A stretch of 64,000 bases of DNA from Escherichia phage T5_ev219, in the sequence record NC_134263.1, one strand, 5' to 3'. This document shows, piece after piece, positions 38,012-47,206 of this stretch (position 1 is its first letter; each line of letters begins with the position of its first letter). The notes under the pieces are model-generated. The model was not told where the DNA came from. It ran no database searches and was given only the letters and a program-made list of their open reading frames with translations. A program made the position numbers and the translations under genes.

Positions 38012-38992
38012 ATGACAGAAGAAGTAGCTAAGAGTCCTGAGACCGTCGCTAGCGTAGCAGCAGAACTGCATCGTCACGAGGAATCAGATAAGAAAAAGTG
38101 GGAGAAGGTCAGAGCCTACGAAGAAGAACATCGTGAACACGATGATAAAGATGAAGAAGATGACGATGATGTACGTTGTCATAAATATGGAAAATATAAA
38201 ATGCAAGAACCAGTAAACGTATTTACTAACGGCTTCCCTGGCATGGGTGCATTCCCAGCTAACGCAAGTGCTTTCGGTGGAGAAGGTATGGGTCTATTCG
38301 GAGCTATCCTAATCGGTGCTCTATTAACCGGCGGATTTGGTGGTTTTGGTGGTTTTGGTCGTGGTGCTGGCGTTGCCGCTGAAGGAACCGCTGTGGACGC
38401 GATCCTTTCTAACCAGGATACTGCAAGTATTCTAGCTGCAATCAATACTACTCGTACAGAAGCTAACCAGGGCACTGGGGCTGTTCTAAGTGCAGTAAAC
38501 GGTGTGGGAGCTGCTCAAGCTGCTAGCACTCAGCAAGTTCTGACTACTATCTACGGTACAGGTGCTAATCTGTCAAACCAGATCTGTGCTGAAACTCGTA
38601 ACGTTATTCAGGGTCAGTTCGATCTTTCTCGTCAGATGGATCAATCTTTCGCTGCTAACCAGATAGCACGTGCTCAAGATAAGTTTGACTCTGCTCAGAT
38701 TGCTTTCCAGCAGTCTATTCAGACCAACAACCAGTTTGCCGCTGTTCAGGCTCAGATGTGCGCTAACCAGAACGCTATCGAACGTCAGCTTGCTGAATGT
38801 TGCTGTGAGCTTCAGACTGCGATCGCTGGTGTAACTACTGCACGTATCCAGGACGAACTGAATGAATGCCGTCTGCGCGAAGCAATCGCTGCAGGTAGCG
38901 GTGCAAATGGTCAGGTAATCAACCAAATCGCTGTAAGTCTTGGTGCTATCACTCAGACTCTGGCTGGTCTGCAGGCTAAACTGCCGGCTTAA
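38012..38992 (+). CDS. Gly/Ala/Gln/Asn-rich low-complexity protein with central hydrophobic Gly-rich segment
   Basis: Track ORF trimmed to MTEEVAK with AGGAGG RBS; acidic N-terminus, GMGLFGAILIGALLTGGFGGFGGFG segment, Q/A/N-rich C-terminus with ECCCEL. Confidence 0.6.
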   Translation: MTEEVAKSPETVASVAAELHRHEESDKKKWEKVRAYEEEHREHDDKDEEDDDDVRCHKYGKYKMQEPVNVFTNGFPGMGAFPANASAFGGEGMGLFGAILIGALLTGGFGGFGGFGRGAGVAAEGTAVDAILSNQDTASILAAINTTRTEANQGTGAVLSAVNGVGAAQAASTQQVLTTIYGTGANLSNQICAETRNVIQGQFDLSRQMDQSFAANQIARAQDKFDSAQIAFQQSIQTNNQFAAVQAQMCANQNAIERQLAECCCELQTAIAGVTTARIQDELNECRLREAIAAGSGANGQVINQIAVSLGAITQTLAGLQAKLPA

Positions 38993-39013
38993 AATTAAGG
39001 GGAGGAGCCCATT

Positions 39014-39430
39014 ATGAGTAAATATGGTTTTGTGAACAACGGATTTAATCAACCAATGGGCTCCCAGCAGCCCGTTCCGGGTCTGGATAATCCTTACCTA
39101 CAACAGTTGCAACAGCGTTTAGCAGAAGCGCAACAGATGCAGCAACAACTCCAGCAAAACCCTGGAAGTGTGAGTCCTATGCAAATGATGCAGCAAATGA
39201 GCGGGCAGTCGCAAATGCCTCAACAAATGCATCAACAGGTGACTCAGCAGCAAGTTCAGCAGCAAACCCAACAACCGCAGGTTTCTGCGGAAGGACAGGC
39301 AGTACTAGCCCTTTTCGAAGACTTCGCAAAGACAGAGGATGGGAAGCAGCTTGTATCACTTATGGGTAAGTTTAATAGCTTCTGCCAAAGCCAAATTGCA
39401 AAAGCTCAAAATAGCGGTAATAACTCCTAA
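39014..39430 (+). CDS. glutamine-rich low-complexity protein
   Basis: 138 aa; GGGAGG RBS; poly-Q/QQ-rich middle. Confidence 0.55.
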   Translation: MSKYGFVNNGFNQPMGSQQPVPGLDNPYLQQLQQRLAEAQQMQQQLQQNPGSVSPMQMMQQMSGQSQMPQQMHQQVTQQQVQQQTQQPQVSAEGQAVLALFEDFAKTEDGKQLVSLMGKFNSFCQSQIAKAQNSGNNS

Positions 39431-39439
39431 GGAGGAATT

Positions 39440-39634
39440 ATGTGTTGCAGAAAATCTGTTTCGTGCTGCCCAATGCCTGTAGCACGTTGTTGCTCTCCAG
39501 CAATGTTTACGCAAATACCGGCGTTCAATCCGTTTGCCTTTAAGCCTACTCTTATCCTGCCCCCTAGAGTAGATTTTCAGTCAAGATTGGCCTCCCGTAT
39601 GGGTGGTTGCTGTAACAAGAGTATATGGTTCTAA
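39440..39634 (+). CDS. Cys-rich small protein with four CC doublets
   Basis: 64 aa; AAGGAGG RBS; MCCRK..SCCP..RCCSP...GGCCNK. Confidence 0.5.
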   Translation: MCCRKSVSCCPMPVARCCSPAMFTQIPAFNPFAFKPTLILPPRVDFQSRLASRMGGCCNKSIWF

Positions 39635-39649
39635 GGAACCAAACAATAA

Positions 39650-39686
39650 AGCCCCTAGTCGAAAGACTTAGGGGCTTTTCTTTTAT
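39650..39686 (+). terminator. rho-independent terminator of the plus-strand cassette
   Basis: GC-rich hairpin followed by TTTTCTTTT. Confidence 0.7.
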
Positions 39687-39687
39687 C

Positions 39688-39735
39688 TTAAATACAGAAA
39701 AGCCCTGCGCTCTCCAGGGAACGCAGGGCTTACTT
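39688..39735 (-). terminator. rho-independent terminator downstream of SPFH gene
   Basis: 8-bp stem gccctgcg/cgcagggc then U-run on minus strand. Confidence 0.65.
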
Positions 39736-39754
39736 CGAATATTACGTGTGGGTA

Positions 39755-40702
39755 TTACTTGTTACGCATATCCATAATCATCTGGCCATCGTAACCAGTG
39801 CCAACCACAGTCTGCGGTACGCCACCTTGATATTTCTGAGCACGAATCATCTCAACTTCCAGTTGTTTCCAACGAATCATCTCAGGAGTAATGGTACGTT
39901 GCAGTGCGGCGTTAGCTTCAGCTTCTTTCTTAGCTGCGTACAGTTTAGCATCTGCGTCACGTTCATTAGCGATAGCTTGGTTGTTGCGAGCTTCACGATC
40001 TGCTTCTGCTTGTTTAACTTTTTGCTGTGCTTCCTGTTCAACACGAGCTAATTCAGCTTTAGCAGCATTAACCTGTTCTTCACGAACTTTGGTATTCTGT
40101 ACCTGTTCCATGATTACCGGTGGCAAAGTAATATCCTGAAGGAATACCTGCTTAACTGTGTAACCATATGGGCGTGCATACTCTTCAACTTCCTGTTGAA
40201 TTGCAGTTTGCAATTGAGCCTGAATTTTAGCATCAAACAAATCTTGTGCTTTAGGTACAGACTTACCAAACTCACGAATAGTAGACAGTAATTTTTCAGT
40301 TACATACTTGTCTAGTGCCTGATCCTGAGTACCTGCATTAATACGGTTAATCGGTGCCTTAGAACCATCAAACTGCAACATAACAGTCAGGTCAACAGTG
40401 GATTTAAACTTATCCTGACTAGGAACCTGAAGTTTATCTAATTTTACAGCAATATCTTTTGTACTGAAAGTATCGAAAGATGCAAACGGGTTTACAATAT
40501 GGAAACCAGGTAATACTGGATTAGGGTCTACTTTACCCAGGAATGTTTGAGTTTTAACCGTACCATCAGAAACAATAGTATATGAATTAAAAGCTAGGAT
40601 TAAACCTGCTAAACCAACTACAGCACCAATCCCCCAACGTTTAATAGTACGAATTACTTTCTGCTCAGAAGTTAGTTCTTTCATATTTTTAGTATTAAAC
40701 AT
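39755..40702 (-). CDS. SPFH/band-7 (prohibitin/HflC-like) membrane protein
   Basis: 315 aa; N-terminal TM, SPFH-like core, long Ala/Glu/Gln-rich coiled-coil tail; AAGGAA RBS. Confidence 0.65.
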   Translation of the reverse strand: MFNTKNMKELTSEQKVIRTIKRWGIGAVVGLAGLILAFNSYTIVSDGTVKTQTFLGKVDPNPVLPGFHIVNPFASFDTFSTKDIAVKLDKLQVPSQDKFKSTVDLTVMLQFDGSKAPINRINAGTQDQALDKYVTEKLLSTIREFGKSVPKAQDLFDAKIQAQLQTAIQQEVEEYARPYGYTVKQVFLQDITLPPVIMEQVQNTKVREEQVNAAKAELARVEQEAQQKVKQAEADREARNNQAIANERDADAKLYAAKKEAEANAALQRTITPEMIRWKQLEVEMIRAQKYQGGVPQTVVGTGYDGQMIMDMRNK

Positions 40703-40736
40703 ATATTTCCTTTGTTTTAGTTACAGTTAATAAAAT

Positions 40737-40811
40737 TGGCCGAGGTGACAGGATTCGAACCTGCATAAAGGAATTTAGAAGACTCCTGCCTCTCCCTTAG
40801 ACTACACCCCG
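40737..40811 (-). tRNA. tRNA-Arg (TCT)
   Basis: Anticodon stem GGAGT/ATTCC; loop CTTCTAA; CCA encoded. Confidence 0.65.
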
Positions 40812-41313
40812 TTTAAGTATTTTTAAGAACTCTCGTAAAAACTCTTAAAAATACAGACGATACCGGGAGAGTCATAAGTCTCACTCATTAAGTATTTCAA
40901 GACAAAATACAGTAACGTCTATTATTTTCCAGTTTAAGTCAGGGTGACTTAGTGGTTATGTCCTGCGGTATATTGAGGACTCGGTTAGGCTTGGGGTCAT
41001 GACTTCCCGCCTTTTGCTGCTACTCAACAGGAGTTATCGCGAATTACCTGTGCTATTGTGCACCATTAGTGACATCTCTCATGTCAGCATTTCCCACTTT
41101 GTGGATAGCTTGAAAAACTACTCCGATATGGAGAAAGAACTTCACTATCCTAGAATACCTTCTAAAGTTCTTCTTTAGCCTGGACATAGTTAAATCGTAA
41201 TAAAACTATTCAGCAGACTGGTTGGTTAGTCTGGAACCAACTACCGCGTGGTTTAGGCAGTGCGCAACTAACCTCGGAAGCTTTTACGTTAAAAGCATCA
41301 GTTATCCAGTTCT

Positions 41314-41385
41314 TACCGACCGTAGGATTCGAACCTACATCTTCCACCAGTTACGGCTTGGTAATACCAATTATACTAGGACGGC
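41314..41385 (-). tRNA. tRNA-like element (no encoded CCA; possible pseudogene)
   Basis: T arm GTAGG-TTCGAAT-CCTAC; acceptor with one mismatch; non-canonical anticodon loop. Confidence 0.3.
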
Positions 41386-41645
41386 AGTGTTACTACATAA
41401 GTGATTTCCACACCCCACTATTTATAAATTAGAGAAGAGTTTAGGGGAGAGGTTTCAGACGCCCCATTTTACACGTTCTAGCCACTAACCGGGATTGCCG
41501 CCCCCTGTGTACTAGTTTTCCAACTAACCCACCGACTCTATTCAATGCGCTCCGGTTGGGATTCTGCACTCAGCGTAATCGGCTCGCTGTTCTCTAATTT
41601 ATGAATATATTATACAGAATTTATAGGCATTTAGCAAATAAATTT

Positions 41646-42089
41646 TTAATTAAATTCGCCAGCAATCTGAGCAGCAGTACCACCATCATAACGCCCAGGA
41701 AATTCTTCCTTAATCGCTTTCATCAGCATACCTTTTGTAATTCCAGGGTTTAGCTTAACTAATTCTGCAAAGTATTTACGAATCTCAGTATCAGATAACT
41801 GAGGAGGCAGATACTCCTGCAACCACTTATTTAGAATGTATTCATACTGAGCGGACTGCAAGCTATAACTATCAAGATCTTGACCATGAAGTTTAGCTTT
41901 CATCTGGTTAATGCTTTTTAGTTGAGCTTTGAGATAAGACACAAATTGTTCAGAAGTGATGAAATCTTTATCAATACGCTGAAGATCCCCGATTATGGTC
42001 TGATAGCTTTTAGCGACTTCTTTATCAGAACCATTAAACTTAGAATCCTGCAAAGCTCTACGCAAAACATCTAAAATATTCTCTTCCAT
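41646..42089 (-). CDS. GatB/YqeY-domain protein
   Basis: 147 aa; C-terminal GITKGMLMKAIKEEFPGRYDGGTAAQIAGEF resembles YqeY C-terminus. Confidence 0.5.
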   Translation of the reverse strand: MEENILDVLRRALQDSKFNGSDKEVAKSYQTIIGDLQRIDKDFITSEQFVSYLKAQLKSINQMKAKLHGQDLDSYSLQSAQYEYILNKWLQEYLPPQLSDTEIRKYFAELVKLNPGITKGMLMKAIKEEFPGRYDGGTAAQIAGEFN

Positions 42090-42260
42090 TATTTCATTCC
42101 TAACGCTTGGTTAAAAGATTGTTCTGTCATAACTGCTGAGACTTTGGCGAAATCAAACTTTTTAGGGTTCGTAGTGATCTCAGCAACGTTGGAAGTTTTA
42201 ACAGTTTTCGTAGTACGAATACCGCGAGTATTAACACCAATAATTACAACTGATTTCATA
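42090..42260 (-). CDS. small hypothetical protein
   Basis: 56-aa ORF; stop overlaps downstream start (TAATG). Confidence 0.4.
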
Positions 42261-42327
42261 TTTCGCTTCCTCTCATTAATTTATGAAAGTATTATACAGA
42301 AGTTTAAGTATTTAAGCAAATAAATTT

Positions 42328-42795
42328 TTAAGTTTTAGTGACAACAGGCTTATAAAATGTATGTCCCTTAATCTTAGTTGTTTTCTTAAACTTCTTTGTC
42401 CAGTATGGTTTATCTTTACCACTATGGAAGTATAAAGCTCCATGTGTAGGATCTTGTGGTAAATCAACGTAGTATATCACTCTAGCTAAATTCTTGGCGG
42501 TTTGCCAAGCCTCATCAGTTTTATCAACTTTTGGTCTCTTAGATACCCAAGAGAACTGGTTAGACTGATATACTACTTTACAGTAGGAATCTGGGAATTT
42601 ACCGGAGTTTACACGGTTTTTAGTAACATGTGCAATCGCCGTCATTCCCTTTATGCCCTCACCACGACTTTCGAAATAGATATTTTTAGCAATGCAATCT
42701 ATTTCTTTTGCATCGTGCGATGCCTGACTACTAAAGCTGAAGGTAAGGGCAGCTACTAAAAGCAAAGCTGCCTTCATTCTTTTTACTCCTGCCAA
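42328..42795 (-). CDS. secreted cell-wall hydrolase, SleB/CwlJ-like
   Basis: 155 aa; N-terminal signal peptide; CIAKNIYFESRGE...AIAHVTKNR...GALYFH pattern. Confidence 0.6.
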   Translation of the reverse strand: MAGVKRMKAALLLVAALTFSFSSQASHDAKEIDCIAKNIYFESRGEGIKGMTAIAHVTKNRVNSGKFPDSYCKVVYQSNQFSWVSKRPKVDKTDEAWQTAKNLARVIYYVDLPQDPTHGALYFHSGKDKPYWTKKFKKTTKIKGHTFYKPVVTKT

Positions 42796-43100
42796 TCATA
42801 TTCAACACGATTGGGATTTTCTTTATACCCTAAGTCAAGCAAATCATTACGCATAGTTTGCTTAGCTACGGGATTCGAGGTTACTAGTACCACTTTCTTT
42901 GGTCTCTGCCCAAATTCTAAGAGTAAACGAAGAATTTGATAACCTTCCATACCATCTACAGCCAAGTCATTATCCATATAAACAAAGTGGCCTGTGGTAT
43001 CAGTTTTATTCAGAAACTCGACAGCGGCTTCTGGGGTTCGAATGATAATGTCCATTCCGTGAAGATTACGCACATCATCAATCAAAATATGAAAAGTCAT
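42783..43100 (-). CDS. stand-alone CheY-like receiver-domain protein
   Basis: 105 aa; ILIDDV acidic pair, YMDNDLAVDGMEG phospho-acceptor region, VVLVTS, downstream Lys. Confidence 0.5.
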   Translation of the reverse strand: MTFHILIDDVRNLHGMDIIIRTPEAAVEFLNKTDTTGHFVYMDNDLAVDGMEGYQILRLLLEFGQRPKKVVLVTSNPVAKQTMRNDLLDLGYKENPNRVEYDWQE

Positions 43101-43542
43101 AATAGCCTCGTTTCATCAATTTAAAAATATATTATACAGATAACTTAATAAATTAGCAAATACATTTTTAAATTGTGAAACTAGTAAACCGATAAACAGC
43201 CTAGAGGCGCCACAGGCCATATCTTATGAGCCATGTACCTTTGATCTAGGGTTTGAATCATCAACGAATACTTTGCATCTTTTAGCTTTAGAAGTTTAGA
43301 AGTTTGAGTTCTTTAAACTTTTCAGCTTTCATACTTAAATGTTGATCTTTGAAGTTGTGTCGGTAATATCAACGACGCTTTGTTCTTACGTGTCAGCTTA
43401 AAAGGCTGGTGTAATAAACATAATCTCCAATAGATTATACTTTATAGTATGGTCAGCGGTCTTATTTAACCTCGTATTTCAACCGCTGCTGCGAGGTAAG
43501 ATGCTTGGGCTTTCGTCTACCGATTTACTAGCTTTTAAATTA

Positions 43543-44181
43543 TTACTCTACTTCAATGAAGGTAGAGGCGTTAGACTCGGACAGAACAAAGTCAACATTT
43601 GTTGCAAAGTCCTGATATTCCTCGTCATGCTGCTTAATCAGCTTCTCCAGTTCCAGCGGATCAATCAAGAATGGAGTATTCTTGAGTTCCAGCAGGTTGA
43701 GCTGCATTTTAACTTCATCTTCGGAAGTTTTCTTATCGCGGGTAGCCATGCTATCCTGCAAACGCTCATATTTAGCATCAAACTGTGCTTTCTGCGTATT
43801 AAACTTAACCGTAGCGGCATGGAACTGCTTACGCATGTTAGCCAGTAGCTGAGCTTTAAGCTCCATAGAACGCTTAGCTTCAATTGCTTCCGCAACAGTC
43901 ATCTTACGAGAGCCAATCTCAACGATTGTTTCCGCATTGCTCTTAATCAGAGCAGCTTTGATACAATCACGCTGGGACATCATATCTAGGAGAGATTGGA
44001 AATCTGCCTTAATACGAGCAGATAGATCGTCTACTTCGATTGCAGCGCCAACTACAACCTTATTTTTATCCTTACCTTCACCAACAGCGATCAGAAGCTG
44101 TTGTTCAGTAGCTTTACGGATTTTAGCTTCCAGAGATTTGATAGTTGCCAGAGCGCGAGTTTTAGAAATACGAGTAGTCAT
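43543..44181 (-). CDS. hypothetical coiled-coil protein
   Basis: 212-aa ORF. Confidence 0.55.
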   Translation of the reverse strand: MTTRISKTRALATIKSLEAKIRKATEQQLLIAVGEGKDKNKVVVGAAIEVDDLSARIKADFQSLLDMMSQRDCIKAALIKSNAETIVEIGSRKMTVAEAIEAKRSMELKAQLLANMRKQFHAATVKFNTQKAQFDAKYERLQDSMATRDKKTSEDEVKMQLNLLELKNTPFLIDPLELEKLIKQHDEEYQDFATNVDFVLSESNASTFIEVE

Positions 44182-44234
44182 TATTTGCTTCCTTATATGA
44201 AGTTTGAGATTTGAATTTGTTTAAATTTGATCTA

Positions 44235-44417
44235 TTACAGACCAATTGCCAGCAGAGTGCGCAGAACAGTATCATTACTGTTATCAATTTTAGGATTAGC
44301 ACGATTTAACAGATCAAAGATTTTCTGGATACCTGATTGACGTTCAGCCATACGACGAATACCCAGATTACGAGTAGCTTTCTTAGCATTTTTACGAACA
44401 TTTTTAGATACTGGCAT
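44235..44417 (-). CDS. small basic protein
   Basis: 60 aa, Lys/Arg-rich. Confidence 0.4.
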   Translation of the reverse strand: MPVSKNVRKNAKKATRNLGIRRMAERQSGIQKIFDLLNRANPKIDNSNDTVLRTLLAIGL

Positions 44418-44487
44418 ATTTGTTTTCCTTTTATTGTTTTCTCAAATTTATGAATATATTATACAGAATTTTGGAGCCGGAAGCAAA

Positions 44488-45189
44488 TCAAATTTTGATT
44501 TTTTCGACCATAGCTGCAACACAATAGCTCTCAACTAAGGCATCAAATGCTGGGTCGTGCTTAACCGGATAGATCCCATAACGAATGGTGTCCATCTTCT
44601 CCATTTTAGCTATTGCCCAGCTAATACCTTCGGTCTCTAGAGCTTTATAACTATATCCAGCTTGCATCCAGAGATTACGAAGAGATCGAACATTACCCAA
44701 GTTCCAGAATTTCCACGGAACTATTTCTTCATTGGTTCCAGCATGGAAAGTGTTTGCAGAGTAGATAGTCATATCAAACTCTGGGCCGTTGCCATAATAC
44801 AAAGCATTCTCTCCTAGAGCCAACTCCATAATATTTTGAGCCATAGAGTAAGCAGCATAGTTAGAGCCGAGTTTATTAGTACAATGATGTTTACCGTTTT
44901 GGAATGCAATCAGCTTTGGATTACGATCGTTCATAGCTTCCATAATGTGGAGGGCAGACGGACTATTCTTAGCTTGACCCATCCAGAATGCTAGAGTAGA
45001 TGCTGTAACTTTAGCACCAGAGTTAAACTGATCTTGCACATCCAAAGTAACAAATACTAGATCAGGGTCTTTATCAATCCCATGCATAGCCACAAAAGCG
45101 AAAGAAGGCATTGCGATATGAGTAGTACCACAATCTCCTGGAGTTCCTAGAGATTCAATATCTAGCATACCAAATGGTTTTACTTTCAT
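44488..45189 (-). CDS. DnaQ-like 3'-5' exonuclease (DEDDh)
   Basis: 233 aa; motif I LDIESLG, C-terminal H-x4-D (KHDPAFDA). Confidence 0.6.
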   Translation of the reverse strand: MKVKPFGMLDIESLGTPGDCGTTHIAMPSFAFVAMHGIDKDPDLVFVTLDVQDQFNSGAKVTASTLAFWMGQAKNSPSALHIMEAMNDRNPKLIAFQNGKHHCTNKLGSNYAAYSMAQNIMELALGENALYYGNGPEFDMTIYSANTFHAGTNEEIVPWKFWNLGNVRSLRNLWMQAGYSYKALETEGISWAIAKMEKMDTIRYGIYPVKHDPAFDALVESYCVAAMVEKIKI

Positions 45190-45217
45190 AACTTATCCTT
45201 TATTGTGTAGAAAACTA

Positions 45218-45454
45218 TTAAAGAGCTGTCTCTTTAATAGACTCCCACTTCTTGGGGTCTTTAAAACCAGGAAGCATATCTTCACTAACATCCCAGTTTT
45301 CTTCCATAGAAAAGTCTGGCCATTCATTCCAGTTATCTTCCAGCTCTTCATAACAGGTATCCATTACCTCATGACTAGAAAGTCGTGTATAATCTCTAGC
45401 GGACTTATGAGTGCTAGCACGGTTAAAATCATTCTTTGCTACAAAATTACGCAT
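45218..45454 (-). CDS. hypothetical acidic protein
   Basis: 78-aa ORF. Confidence 0.4.
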   Translation of the reverse strand: MRNFVAKNDFNRASTHKSARDYTRLSSHEVMDTCYEELEDNWNEWPDFSMEENWDVSEDMLPGFKDPKKWESIKETAL

Positions 45455-45495
45455 AGTTTCTCCAAATAAGAGGGGCTTTCGCCCCCTGATTTAAA

Positions 45496-45711
45496 TTACT
45501 TGCCCAGCAGTTTAAGGATATTTTCCATAATAGTTTGGGCAGATTTTTCACTCTTGTTGGTTTCAGCCAACTTTAAAGCGAGTTCTTCCTGCTGTTTCTG
45601 AATATCCGCAGCAATTTTTTGATCAGCCTCAATACGAGCTTGAAGCTCATCAGTGATAATGGTAAAGGAAGCAACGATTTCAGTAACGGAACGTGGTTTC
45701 TTAGAGAACAT
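45496..45711 (-). CDS. hypothetical coiled-coil protein
   Basis: 71-aa ORF. Confidence 0.45.
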   Translation of the reverse strand: MFSKKPRSVTEIVASFTIITDELQARIEADQKIAADIQKQQEELALKLAETNKSEKSAQTIMENILKLLGK

Positions 45712-45775
45712 AAAAAATATCCTTGATTAGTTAGAGAATCAGTAGATTGTAGGGGCTCTCGCCCCTATTTATCTA

Positions 45776-46291
45776 TTACTTCGCTTTACGCTTGCGAGCT
45801 GGTTTAGCAGATTTACGAGCAGAATCACCCGTGAACTTAATACCTACACCGTAACACAGAGCACGAACATTATCTTTACTATACTCTACGCCAAAGATAT
45901 TTGGCTTAACAGAACCAAACTGTCCACGAGTATCACGCAATACATCTGCTGTTGGTTTACGCTTCTGGTTAACTGCCTTCTCATAGTCTTTCATAGACAT
46001 ACCATTACGAGAGAACAATTCAGCCCCAGCGTTGAAGCTCAGAGAAACTGGGACAGATTTGTGGCCATAACCCTGTACATAGGTCACAAGGCGGGCTACA
46101 GAACGAGTAGCATTCTTAGCCTTCGGCTTTTGACGAATCGGAGCCGGACGATTCAGTGCCTGTGCAGCTTGAGCATCAGTAGGGTGCTTGCGCAGGTGGC
46201 GTTCCAGACGAGCTTTGCGGTTAGCCTCAGTCTGCGGGAAAGTTTTAACTGTAGTAGCTGCTTGAGTTTTTGCGTTTTTCTGCTTAGCCAT
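45776..46291 (-). CDS. hypothetical basic protein
   Basis: 171 aa, Lys/Arg/Ala-rich. Confidence 0.55.
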   Translation of the reverse strand: MAKQKNAKTQAATTVKTFPQTEANRKARLERHLRKHPTDAQAAQALNRPAPIRQKPKAKNATRSVARLVTYVQGYGHKSVPVSLSFNAGAELFSRNGMSMKDYEKAVNQKRKPTADVLRDTRGQFGSVKPNIFGVEYSKDNVRALCYGVGIKFTGDSARKSAKPARKRKAK

Positions 46292-46374
46292 TATTTGTTT
46301 TCCTTTTTGTTTATCAATTTATGAAGTATATTATACGAGAATTTGAAGCGTTTAGCAAATGAATTTTTTAAAAA

Positions 46375-46653
46375 TTATCTACCAACCATCTTAGCTTGTT
46401 CGGCATCTGAGACATATTGATACGCCCCTTTATTATACGCTGGAGCAGTACACATTTTCTTACGCTCAATCTCTTCTTGAGCTTTTCTTTCGCGTTCAGC
46501 TAATTCTTCGTCCAGGTAAACTAAACGTTGTTCTGGGGGAGGTGGAAGACGTGTTTCTGGCTCACCAATATTAGCCTTTCTTATTTGACGAGGTGATTGT
46601 GCACGTTTTCTCAATGGTTTAAATCCTAATGAATTTGAGTTATAAATTCGCAT
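46375..46653 (-). CDS. hypothetical protein
   Basis: 92-aa ORF. Confidence 0.5.
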   Translation of the reverse strand: MRIYNSNSLGFKPLRKRAQSPRQIRKANIGEPETRLPPPPEQRLVYLDEELAERERKAQEEIERKKMCTAPAYNKGAYQYVSDAEQAKMVGR

Positions 46654-46729
46654 AAAGCCCTCCTCACTTTCAATACGAATATTATACTAAATTAGAGGGC
46701 TTTAAGCAAGAAAATTTTTAATTTATTTA

Positions 46730-47206
46730 TCACATCTCAGCCATTTCAGCTTCAGTAATAACTGTGTTACACAGTGCATCTACAGCTTCATTACCACTAA
46801 TACCAGAATGTCCTTTAACCTTAATAAAGGTAGGATTAGTATTATGAAAGTTGATATACTGCTGTGTTAATTTAAATGCTTCCTGCCAAAGTTCTAGATT
46901 AAGAGGAACTTCACCATCTGCTTTCTTCCAGCCTTTCCTTTGCCAAGAAAACATCCAACTTTCCATACCATTTTTGCAATAAGCAGAATCAGTATAGATA
47001 GCAATTGGTCTATTATCTTTTTTAACGGACCAACGTAGAGCTTCTACAATAGCTGTGAGTTCCATCTCATTATTTGTAGTTTTAGGATTATAACCAGATT
47101 TAGAACCTAAACGATCGTCGTTATCATCATAGACAATAAAACCCCAAGCACCTGGACCTGGATTAGATTTACAAGCACCATCTGTGTAAATGTGGAAAAC
47201 GCTCAC
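46730..47206 (-). CDS. rnhA: ribonuclease HI
   Basis: 158 aa; IYTDGACKSNPGPGAWG, NNEMEL, IYTDSAYC, KVKGHSG motifs. Confidence 0.8.
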   Translation of the reverse strand: MSVFHIYTDGACKSNPGPGAWGFIVYDDNDDRLGSKSGYNPKTTNNEMELTAIVEALRWSVKKDNRPIAIYTDSAYCKNGMESWMFSWQRKGWKKADGEVPLNLELWQEAFKLTQQYINFHNTNPTFIKVKGHSGISGNEAVDALCNTVITEAEMAEM

